Below the pieces are notes generated by a model. It was not told the origin of the DNA and searched no databases. It was given only the letters and a program-made list of their open reading frames with translations. A stretch of DNA of 62,792 nucleotides from an uncultured Candidatus Poseidoniales archaeon. Its GTDB lineage: Archaea > Thermoplasmatota > Poseidoniia > Poseidoniales > Thalassarchaeaceae. Every line of letters begins with the position of its first letter. The stretch's first letter is position 1. Below, in pieces: positions 1 through 8,695 of the stretch. Where the stretch lies: positions 1-62,792 of the forward strand of contig CAYNXD010000025.1 of NCBI GenBank assembly GCA_964401115.1, read 5' to 3'. A program made the position numbers and the translations under genes.

Positions 1-3000
1 GTTTTGATTCCAGTTCTTCATTAGGGATGGATAATTTGAGGTCACCACCTTCTCCTGACATTCTGATTATGTATGCAATCATGTGGTTGAGCGTGGGGTG
101 TTCTCTCAACTGGAAAGATTCGTCAACAGGTAATGAAAACATTTCTCGCAAATCAGCCATTATCTCAGCCTGTTTCACAGTGTCAATCCCCAACTCACCT
201 TCAAGGTCTTGATCCAATTCAATAAAATCAGTTGGATAGCCGGTATGTTCAGCAACTGTATTTACGACTTTGATTACAATTTCTTCGTTAGTTGATTCTG
301 GTAAAGTGACTTGAATAACCTCTTCCTGCTTTTCTATTGGGGCTGGCGCCTCATCCTTAGGTTTGATTTCAGCGACCTCTATTTCCTCAACTTTGGTTAC
401 TTTAGTGATGGGTTTAGTGCTTGAATCGGGTGCGGCATCCTGTTTAGCAGGAATCCACTCATTACCCTCGACCCCACCAATTAGATTTTCATCTGGGGCA
501 ACATAAGCGACGAGTTTCCTTTCTAAAATGCGGCTAACAATGTTGTCTCCGACTTGTTTCATAGTCCAATTCTCGACACTTTGCTTATCTATTCTATTAG
601 TTGAACGAGCAATTCTCTTGAATAATGTAAGAGCAATCTGGCTCCCAAATCCAGCAGCGTGACGGAACATGTATTCGATATCATAAGAACCACCTTCAGA
701 GAGTCTTAGATTACCAAGTTCTGGATCCCGCTCCTTGAAATTTGCAATAGGTGGTAGGCGGCCTGATGCTAATCCATACAAGCCAGTAGCATCTTCAATG
801 CCAACACCCATTGGATGTCCAGTGAAACCTTTCGTATTCGTAATAATTAGATCATCAGCAGATGCCCCGAAAGCACCTCTCAATGACTCGACTTCAGCAG
901 CGGCAGAACCACCGCGAGGAGGGGTGAACGGCTCATGTGACATGAAAGTGGTTTGATGGGCTATTACATGGCGGTCTATCCCCCAATCTTTCTCCATTTT
1001 TGATACGAACTCGTCAAAAGTAGTGGCTACATGATCAACATCTAGGCGAGTTGGGTGGAAGGCAGAATTACCAATGTGCGCACCAAGTAATTCTGCATAT
1101 GGTATAATTCCTCTATCCGATGCATGTGACGATTTTTCTATTACAAATGCAGCACCACCCATTCCAAGCAACATTCCGTTTCTACGAGCGTCGAATGGAA
1201 GAGCAACTTCCTCTACAACATTACCCATCGAGTGAGCTCCGGCTGCAGCAAAACCGGTACCGATCCATTCCATCAAGTCATCACCAGTCGAGTCGTCCCC
1301 ACTAATGACAATGACTCTGTCACATCTTCCGGATGACAACCAATCTTCGGCAATTGCAAAGGCAGCTGGTGTTGATGCACAAGCGTTGTTTATTGCAGCA
1401 TTTGGTCCTCTTGCTCCTATCCACTGAGCAAATTGTGCGTGGCCCATAGTTAGAACTTGGAGGAGGAATCTACGATCAAAAGTACCATTTTCATCTGCTC
1501 CATTGTTTTGGGCGTGACGCATTGCCATAGCCAAACCTGGCCAAACGGATGCGAACACAACTCCAGTTCGCTCCTTTATCGTGGAGGGGAGGTTCCATCC
1601 TCTAACAAGTCGTTTTCCTGCACTACTAGTCTGCTCAACAGGAATTAATGGCAATCCAGCATCTTTCAACGCTTCAAGACCTGCAGCAAAGGATAGAGTA
1701 GTGGATACATCCATTGCAGCTACAATCTTGGGGTCGATTCCATATTGTTCTGCTAAATCAAAATATCCACCGACCCCAGCCAGTTGGGGGATTGTGTCGA
1801 ATGAATCGCAAGGAACAAATTCTGCCCTTCCATCTTTATGTTTCACAATTCTAACCATATTTTTATCGAGTAATCTCAACTTTGTTTCTTCAGGAAGTTC
1901 GCTAATAAAATTCTCTCCTTCAATTATTCTCTCTAAAGCGTCATCACAGAAAACCTCGTCCATTCCTGGAAGACCTAGACTAACTCCAGTTACTACATAA
2001 GGATTCATTTTTCGTTCTAGAATTGAATTAGTTACAACTGAATTACCACCTGAGTGGGACCTGATAGGTTTTGTGAATCCTGAAGGGGGTGTGGCAACCC
2101 ATTCAACAAGGGCAGATAAGGTAGTTAGAGAATCATCAATTGGATGTTTAACAGTTGCTTCAGAGGATATTCTGTTAAGCAGTTGTGATAGATTGCTACC
2201 ATCGATTCCAAGGGTAGTCAGTTCCAACTCTCCCTTAATCATACTAGCGGGATATCCGCAAATATCTGAAATTCGGTTTGCTAAATAACCTTCAACATCA
2301 TCCAATTGCTCAATTAATTGATTTGTATGAACTGCAGTTGGTGGGAGGGTGGCAGAATCCATATTGGGGAAGGGTCTTGAACGGACACGGAGTTCTTCCC
2401 ATTCTGAACTACTGACGCCCACTTCTTTTGGTAATCCAATATTTTTCTGACCCCAAATCTCAATTGGACCTGCACGGAAGCCCTCTGTCAATCTCAAAGA
2501 ATCATGAGGGTGCATTTCAGATAACCTACCTGCTAGAGAACAAACGGCTAGAGATGAAAGGAATGAGGCGACACCCCCCACCTTTGGATGATTTGTATTA
2601 GTCACAACAACCCCCTCATCTTCTGAAGATAATTGAGCATCATCCAATATTTGCTCAGCAAATAGTGCGAGTGCTCGCTTTGGTCCAACCTCCATGAAGA
2701 GCCGGCCACCACCTTCATACATTGTAAGAATCTGTTGAGTCCATTCTACTGCTGAAGACATCTGAGGGGCTAACTGGCCCAAAATTGCCTGATGTATTGA
2801 CCGATTTTGATCTAATTTTTCGGGATAGAAATTTCCATCATAGTTGGCAGTAATTGGGATCGATGGGAGTGATAGTTCCAAATCTTCAAGAAATCGTCTA
2901 AGAGGTTCATTAGCCGGTGCAACTATCTTTGAATGAAATGCATGACTAGTCTGTAGTTTGACACATTGTATATTCAATTCAGCAAACCTTCGAATTACTT

Positions 3001-5440
3001 CGTTCATTGCATCAGTCTCACCAGCAATAACAGTCATCAAAGGAGAATTCTTGTTAGCAGCAATCACGTATCCATCTACCGAATTAACTACTTCTTCGAC
3101 TTTTCCTATTGGCGCTGAAACACTCGCCATTATCCCTTTATCAGGAACTTCTACGTTACCCATTTCAGTCCCTCGAGCAGCAGCTGCTCGCAGAGCGTCA
3201 TGGAATTTGAGAATCCCCGAAACCATCAATGCAGCATACTCTCCAAGGCTATGTCCTGCAACCATATCAGGTTCAATCCCATGCTCAAGAAGTAGTCGGT
3301 ATATTGCCAAATCTGCAGTCAGCATCGCGGGCTGTGTATATTCAGTCTGTTTCAATTTCTCTTCAGCAATTCTTGCTTCCTCTTCTGAAAGATTTTCTCT
3401 CAATACAAACTCTGAGAGTCGCTCTCCTCCTAGGATTTCAATCATTGTGCGATCAGCCTCGATCCATGTTTCACCCACTACTTCGAAACGTTTTGACAAA
3501 TCGAGAGTCATCCCAACATATTGGCTACCCTGTCCAGGAAACATCTGTACAAGTTTTGCATTTGGAGTAAGTGCAGGCTCATCTGTAATGAAGACCATCT
3601 GTTTTGCTAGGAAAGCCCATTTTGATTTATCAGACAAATTCTCCTCAAGCAAGTTCAGTCGCTTCTCCAATTGTAACCAACTTGTAGCAACTACACCACA
3701 TCTAACCCCTTCTGCTTTGAATCCATTAGATAGTGCAGACAACGCAACTGAAAGTCTGCGTCCTTCTGGAGATTCATCAAAAGTAGGGGAAGATGGGGAA
3801 AGAAGTGCGATTTTTGCCATATTAATTTCATCAGCAAGTAAATCTAGACTGGGTGCATTGAGCAATAATAAGCCACCTTCAATGTTTTTCAATTCATCGT
3901 GCGTCATCGATGGTTTGGCATTTTGATCGAGAACACTAGGTGCTGATGGCGGTTTGGATTCAGTAGTTTTAGAATGTTCAATTTCATTAACTATTTTTAG
4001 ATGATGTTCGGGATCATATTGTTCTAGAGTACAGTGAAAATTAGTCCCCCCAAATCCGAATGATGAGATGCCGGCACGTCTAGGCATTCCTGATTGTGGC
4101 AATGGCCATTCACTAGCGGTAGTTGGAACAAAGAATGGGATTTCATCCCAGTTTACTGATGTGTTTGGTTGTTCAAAACCTGCCGATGGTGGAATTGTTC
4201 GATGATGAAGTGCAAGGCATGCCTTGAGTAATCCGGCCATTCCAGCAGCAGCCTTCAAATGGCCGATTTGACTTTTTACAGAACCAACGGCTACGTAATC
4301 TCCGTTACTTTTCTCAGAGAAAATCTCTGCTAAAGCCGAGAGCTCGGTCGCATCACCGACTTTCGTACTTGTCCCATGTGCCTCAATTAATTCTACAGAT
4401 GATGCAGAGTAACCTGCCTGTTGGTAGGCGCGAATTACCGCCTGTTTCTGCCCTCTTGTAGAGGGTGCTGTAATTCCCTTCCCCCTTCCATCACTCGAAG
4501 CACCAATTCCCCGAATTACACTGTAAATTACATCCTCATCGCGAATAGCATCTTCTAGTCTTTTGAGTACAATGCAACCAGCTCCTTCACCCATTACAAA
4601 ACCATTAGCGCGCGCATCAAACGGTCGTGAATGAATGGGTGATAGCGCACCAATTGAGGAAAATTTTGCATATGTACCAGGGTCCATGGTGCAGTCACTG
4701 GCACCACACAGCATCACATCCGTCTGTCCTGATTGTAGCATTTGACAAGCGGAAACTAATGCAGCAAAGGTGCTTGCACAAGCTGCGTCAGCACTGAAAT
4801 TAGGCCCTTGCAAATCAAGAAGGTTAGCAACTCTTCCAGCAACGACATTTGCTAATTCTCCGGGCATGGTATCTTCATCAATCCGAGGCGTTCCTTCAGT
4901 AATTGATTCCTTAAATTGTTCAATTACTTCTTCAGGCATTCCTACTTCAACAGCTTTCCTTGCAAATTGATCAGCATAAATTCGGTGACTAGACATTACT
5001 CTATTTTCTCCACCAAGGGCATTGGCAAATATTACCCCACACCTCTCATTTGGTAACTCAAGCCTTTTTCCTTCGCCAAGGTAACCAGCATCTTCTAGGG
5101 CTGACGCGGAAACCTCAACTGCCCATAATTGAGTGTCATCAATCTGATTAAGCGTCCCAGGTGGCTGTTTCCATCTTCGCCAATCAAACTCAAAACTCTC
5201 AATAAAAGCACCAATTTTGGAGTAAGTTTTCCCTTCCGACACATCACCTGGCTCACCTTCAACCCAGAAGTCTTCACTATTCCATCTGTCTTGAGGTACT
5301 TCTTTAATTGAGACATGTGCATTAATCACATTGTCCCAGAACTTACCAACATCTGGTGCGTCAGGTAATAGGGCAGAGATACCAACTATTGCAATCGGTG
5401 AGAATGATTGCTGGGGTTTTTCTTCAAGTTGGTTACTCAT
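1..5440 (-). CDS. Type I PKS/FAS-like (Pfa-related) megasynthase, KS-AT-(ACP-like)-KS-ACP; 3' end runs off the window
   Basis: Not in the ORF track because there is no stop in the window. Hand translation from ATG 5440 (GAGGT RBS upstream) gives MSNQLEEKPQQSFSPIAIVGISALLPDAPD. All motifs are in one frame. KS1: DAAC (Cys 4778-4780), EAHGTST, KSQIGHLKAAAG, SSFGFGGTNFH. AT: FPGQGSQ, GHSLG (Ser 3248-3250), HAFHS. KS2: NNAC (1379-1381), MSHE, KGFTGHPMG. ACP: TGYP..ELGIDTVKQAE. Confidence 0.93.
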   Translation of the reverse strand, partial: MSNQLEEKPQQSFSPIAIVGISALLPDAPDVGKFWDNVINAHVSIKEVPQDRWNSEDFWVEGEPGDVSEGKTYSKIGAFIESFEFDWRRWKQPPGTLNQIDDTQLWAVEVSASALEDAGYLGEGKRLELPNERCGVIFANALGGENRVMSSHRIYADQFARKAVEVGMPEEVIEQFKESITEGTPRIDEDTMPGELANVVAGRVANLLDLQGPNFSADAACASTFAALVSACQMLQSGQTDVMLCGASDCTMDPGTYAKFSSIGALSPIHSRPFDARANGFVMGEGAGCIVLKRLEDAIRDEDVIYSVIRGIGASSDGRGKGITAPSTRGQKQAVIRAYQQAGYSASSVELIEAHGTSTKVGDATELSALAEIFSEKSNGDYVAVGSVKSQIGHLKAAAGMAGLLKACLALHHRTIPPSAGFEQPNTSVNWDEIPFFVPTTASEWPLPQSGMPRRAGISSFGFGGTNFHCTLEQYDPEHHLKIVNEIEHSKTTESKPPSAPSVLDQNAKPSMTHDELKNIEGGLLLLNAPSLDLLADEINMAKIALLSPSSPTFDESPEGRRLSVALSALSNGFKAEGVRCGVVATSWLQLEKRLNLLEENLSDKSKWAFLAKQMVFITDEPALTPNAKLVQMFPGQGSQYVGMTLDLSKRFEVVGETWIEADRTMIEILGGERLSEFVLRENLSEEEARIAEEKLKQTEYTQPAMLTADLAIYRLLLEHGIEPDMVAGHSLGEYAALMVSGILKFHDALRAAAARGTEMGNVEVPDKGIMASVSAPIGKVEEVVNSVDGYVIAANKNSPLMTVIAGETDAMNEVIRRFAELNIQCVKLQTSHAFHSKIVAPANEPLRRFLEDLELSLPSIPITANYDGNFYPEKLDQNRSIHQAILGQLAPQMSSAVEWTQQILTMYEGGGRLFMEVGPKRALALFAEQILDDAQLSSEDEGVVVTNTNHPKVGGVASFLSSLAVCSLAGRLSEMHPHDSLRLTEGFRAGPIEIWGQKNIGLPKEVGVSSSEWEELRVRSRPFPNMDSATLPPTAVHTNQLIEQLDDVEGYLANRISDICGYPASMIKGELELTTLGIDGSNLSQLLNRISSEATVKHPIDDSLTTLSALVEWVATPPSGFTKPIRSHSGGNSVVTNSILERKMNPYVVTGVSLGLPGMDEVFCDDALERIIEGENFISELPEETKLRLLDKNMVRIVKHKDGRAEFVPCDSFDTIPQLAGVGGYFDLAEQYGIDPKIVAAMDVSTTLSFAAGLEALKDAGLPLIPVEQTSSAGKRLVRGWNLPSTIKERTGVVFASVWPGLAMAMRHAQNNGADENGTFDRRFLLQVLTMGHAQFAQWIGARGPNAAINNACASTPAAFAIAEDWLSSGRCDRVIVISGDDSTGDDLMEWIGTGFAAAGAHSMGNVVEEVALPFDARRNGMLLGMGGAAFVIEKSSHASDRGIIPYAELLGAHIGNSAFHPTRLDVDHVATTFDEFVSKMEKDWGIDRHVIAHQTTFMSHEPFTPPRGGSAAAEVESLRGAFGASADDLIITNTKGFTGHPMGVGIEDATGLYGLASGRLPPIANFKERDPELGNLRLSEGGSYDIEYMFRHAAGFGSQIALTLFKRIARSTNRIDKQSVENWTMKQVGDNIVSRILERKLVAYVAPDENLIGGVEGNEWIPAKQDAAPDSSTKPITKVTKVEEIEVAEIKPKDEAPAPIEKQEEVIQVTLPESTNEEIVIKVVNTVAEHTGYPTDFIELDQDLEGELGIDTVKQAEIMADLREMFSLPVDESFQLREHPTLNHMIAYIIRMSGEGGDLKLSIPNEELESK

Positions 5441-5449
5441 ATTATAACC

Positions 5450-6241
5450 TCAATCTGATATGCTGTCCGGCACCATCGTACTTGAATATCCAGCATCGAC
5501 ATGAATAATCTGCCCAGTAACTCCGGATGAAAGTGGTGAAGCAAGCCAAACAGCACAGCCAGCAACATCGTTCTGATTGACATTTCTGCGAAGTGGTGAA
5601 TTCCGTTCGACATGATTTAGGATGTCATCAAATCCAGGAATGCCACTAGCTGCAAGTGTCTGAATTGGCCCTGGTGATATGGCATTAACTCTATGCCCCT
5701 CAGGACCAACATGATTCGCCAATTCACGAGTCCAGGCCTCCAATGCTGCTTTTGCAATACTCATCACCCCATAGTTTGGAACCCACCGAGTAGATGCTGC
5801 ATAGGTTAGAGTAATTGTTGAGGAGTTTGGTGCTAGGTGTGGTAAAGCATGGCGCATCAATCTCTGTAGTGAATGAGCACTCACCGTCATAGCGATATTC
5901 ATAGGTTCATTCTCAGCAAAAAGAATCGGTCTATCGAAACATTCTCTTGGGGCGAATCCAATTGCATGTATTACAATATCAGCCTTGGCTCCCGGATTCT
6001 CTGCTTGCCATTCTGTGAAAAATTCAGAAGTTAATTCATTGGTAGAAACATCGATTGGATAGAATGCCTCAATAGCATCTAAATTCTCTTTCAATTGGAA
6101 AACACGGCTCATAAAACGCCTTTGGAAACCGAGAATTAGTTTACAACCAGCAGCAGCTAATTGTTCGCAAATTGCCCATGCTATGCTATCTTCACTAGCG
6201 ACACCGAATACTAGTGCAGTCTTTCCTTCTAGTTCCAACAT
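5450..6241 (-). CDS. fabI: Enoyl-ACP reductase (FabI-type SDR)
   Basis: GVASEDSIAW, HAIGFAP, catalytic YGVMSIAK (Y-x6-K), RVNAISPGPIQTLAASGI, VTGQIIHVDAG. Start moved to ATG 6241 (MLELEGK) behind a GGTGG RBS; 6265 is an alternative. Confidence 0.9.
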   Translation of the reverse strand: MLELEGKTALVFGVASEDSIAWAICEQLAAAGCKLILGFQRRFMSRVFQLKENLDAIEAFYPIDVSTNELTSEFFTEWQAENPGAKADIVIHAIGFAPRECFDRPILFAENEPMNIAMTVSAHSLQRLMRHALPHLAPNSSTITLTYAASTRWVPNYGVMSIAKAALEAWTRELANHVGPEGHRVNAISPGPIQTLAASGIPGFDDILNHVERNSPLRRNVNQNDVAGCAVWLASPLSSGVTGQIIHVDAGYSSTMVPDSISD

Positions 6242-6391
6242 GAAACCACCTATTCCTCCCAACATCGATTCGCCGGCGACATCGGCTTCAAGACCTTTGC
6301 CCACTCTGTGAAGCGAATGCATCATTCAGCATAGCATCTATTTTTCCCCAATTATGTCCGAGAAGTGTCGATTTATACATATTTCAGCGAT

Positions 6392-7273
6392 TCACGCATA
6401 TTCACCATATAGTGCCTCAGGTAAATCGATGTGAATTGCACTAAGTGTTGCCTCAGCATCAATTCCCATTCCAATCAAAGTAGTCGCTAACTGTTGTGTT
6501 CTTTTTGGGACAGTCTTTGGTCCCAGTACAGCGCCAGGTCTTCGAGGGTCGTCCATATAATCCGTCTCCATAAGGAAACCACCCTCATTTTGCCAAATTG
6601 AATTTACAATATCCTTAATCGCATCACGGCCAACAACCACAGATGAAGTCAAACCGTGAGTAAAATTCTTGCTGATATTTCCTTCTGCATGGTGGTGGAT
6701 AGCACCAAATCTTGGAAAGCCCACAATATCACAGATTTGGGAGATTTCTTTGTTTGTTTTTTCTCCATTAGAATCTAAATGAAGTTGTGCAGGGACATTG
6801 GCTTGTTTACACATCCCTAGAATTTCCGCAAGTAACTGGTCTGCATGTTCAATTACTTCCTCTCCAACATCCCAATGCGGGCGACCAACCTCTCCAACTC
6901 CTACTGCTAGATTCTCATTGCAGAATTCTATAGCAATCTCAACTGAAGAAATATGAAGCTCTCCTGCTACTTCATATCCCAATTCAGCAGTTTGATGCAT
7001 CCATGCTGCTGGATGAGGTCCAAGAATAACTCGAACTCTTAAATCATGCTCACTACGGGTGTTTTCGGCCATTTCAATAGTCTCTTCATACGCCCTACGA
7101 ATCTCAGTTTCGTCAATTGGTAAATTATTGAAATCGGGTTTGTGAACCAGTACTAAATCAGTTCCACCAGCACGTTTGAAATCGAGCGCAGCATCAAGAT
7201 ATCTTCCAGCCTTGTCTAGATGAAAATGATTGTCTAGGATGGGGCCATCCCACCGCCCCTCTGAGAGATCCAT
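6392..7273 (-). CDS. TatD-like metal-dependent hydrolase (archaeal COG1831-type)
   Basis: DNHFH, GPHPA, GVGEVGRPHW, QLH, METDYMDDPRRPGAVLGPKTVP motifs. Start set at ATG 7273 behind GAGGGTGA. Confidence 0.8.
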   Translation of the reverse strand: MDLSEGRWDGPILDNHFHLDKAGRYLDAALDFKRAGGTDLVLVHKPDFNNLPIDETEIRRAYEETIEMAENTRSEHDLRVRVILGPHPAAWMHQTAELGYEVAGELHISSVEIAIEFCNENLAVGVGEVGRPHWDVGEEVIEHADQLLAEILGMCKQANVPAQLHLDSNGEKTNKEISQICDIVGFPRFGAIHHHAEGNISKNFTHGLTSSVVVGRDAIKDIVNSIWQNEGGFLMETDYMDDPRRPGAVLGPKTVPKRTQQLATTLIGMGIDAEATLSAIHIDLPEALYGEYA

Positions 7274-7286
7274 TTTCACCCTCCAA

Positions 7287-7901
7287 TCACTCTTCAATCA
7301 CATCGAGGACTTCATCGGAATCGTTTTCGACAGATTCATTTGTCTCATCCTCGTCTTTTTTCAGTAAGACGCTTACAAACAGATTTTCGGATTCGAATCT
7401 TGTTCCCCAGTGTGTAGTAGCCATTTCAACTAAATTTTTGTGCCTCGCACCTAATGAAACACCTCTACCGTTAGAAAAAAACAGAAGATCCATATCATGC
7501 ATAGAATCTTTGATGCGAATACAATCTAGTCTCGAATCCTCTACAAATTCAGGAAAATATTCTGATACTTGATCAATCCTCAACGGTTGCCCATAATCGA
7601 AAGATACAACCAGCGGCCCCTTTTCTGTAGTCAGGCCTTCATCAGATTTACCTAATCTAAGCAACATCTCTCGAGCAGCAGCCCACGCAATTTCAGAATG
7701 ATTAGTGCCGTGAACAACTAACCTACCGTCCTGATCGACTAGTAATGTAGCACGAGGATTCTTAAGTGCTAGAATAACAAATTTACCGTTTTTTTTCCCA
7801 CCTAGGGTGTTAATTACGTCTTCAGAGTTGAAGGGTTCCGGTGGAGTAAATCGTATCAATTGATTTTCGACGCGAACTTCAACAGCACTTTTTCGAGCCA
7901 T
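7287..7901 (-). CDS. Divergent TATA-binding-protein (TBP)-fold protein
   Basis: Two pseudo-repeats, PRATLLVDQDGRLVVHGT and MDLLFFSNGRGVSLGAR, resemble the TBP P-x-x-x-x-LIFxSGKxVxTGAK repeat. Acidic C-terminal tail. Confidence 0.55.
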   Translation of the reverse strand: MARKSAVEVRVENQLIRFTPPEPFNSEDVINTLGGKKNGKFVILALKNPRATLLVDQDGRLVVHGTNHSEIAWAAAREMLLRLGKSDEGLTTEKGPLVVSFDYGQPLRIDQVSEYFPEFVEDSRLDCIRIKDSMHDMDLLFFSNGRGVSLGARHKNLVEMATTHWGTRFESENLFVSVLLKKDEDETNESVENDSDEVLDVIEE

Positions 7902-7903
7902 GA

Positions 7904-8686
7904 TTAGTCCCCCTCAGCAACCGCTTCAAATTCCTCCACATCGGGCTCAGTCTTGAGCGTTGCGAGTATGTCTTTCATCCAATCTTGATAGATAGGAACC
8001 ATCAATATTGCAGATTCGTTACTACTTGTCAAATCAGCCAATGCCCCTCTAAGTCGTCCTGTAAACCTAAGATTTCTAGTCTCACGAAGTTGTTGATTCA
8101 GCATCGATTCCGAACATCGCCACCAAGTAGCAGCTAGTCCAGCACATATTGCAATTGCATCAGAAGATTCTTTGATTTGAGGTTCGGTAACATCCAATTG
8201 AACGGCTTTCCAAATTTTTCTAAATCTTCTCCTAGCGAATAAATGCCCAATCATTCGTGATAATCTACTAGCTTCATCTACCACCTCTAATGACCAATTT
8301 AGCCACTCTTCATCATCTACTCCCGGCTCCAAAAAATATGTTGGTAATCCGCCTTTTTTTGCTAGATTTACGAGTCGAAAAGGTTCAGGGTCAGGTAATT
8401 TTGCTGCTCTAATCTCTTCAAGTAATTGCATTTTTATTAACATCCTTGAAAAGTCACCACCACCATGAATTGCCAACATTGTGGCAGAACCTTTTCCATC
8501 CTTTTCCATTTGAGCTTCATCCTTCCAAATTTCTTGTTCATCTGGATGAAGCAATAGGGCTAGACCGTCCCAATCATCTCTTGGACGCAATTCTCTAGGG
8601 GAAACCATTGTTGGAATATAGGGGTAGAAACGGATAGTGCCTCCGTTCGGATCGCTCCAATCAACACTCTTCCATGGCCAAGTCAC
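7904..8686 (-). CDS. Hypothetical protein
   Basis: 260-aa ORF tightly packed in the operon, with a GAGGTGG RBS. No motif recognised. Confidence 0.7.
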   Translation of the reverse strand: MTWPWKSVDWSDPNGGTIRFYPYIPTMVSPRELRPRDDWDGLALLLHPDEQEIWKDEAQMEKDGKGSATMLAIHGGGDFSRMLIKMQLLEEIRAAKLPDPEPFRLVNLAKKGGLPTYFLEPGVDDEEWLNWSLEVVDEASRLSRMIGHLFARRRFRKIWKAVQLDVTEPQIKESSDAIAICAGLAATWWRCSESMLNQQLRETRNLRFTGRLRGALADLTSSNESAILMVPIYQDWMKDILATLKTEPDVEEFEAVAEGD

Positions 8687-8695
8687 TCAACCACC

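Noticed and set aside
27-5322. Short ORFs in the track over 27-5322, including the 322-aa and 139-aa plus-strand ORFs
   Set aside because: They are antisense or off-frame shadows of the motif-rich minus-strand PKS frame.
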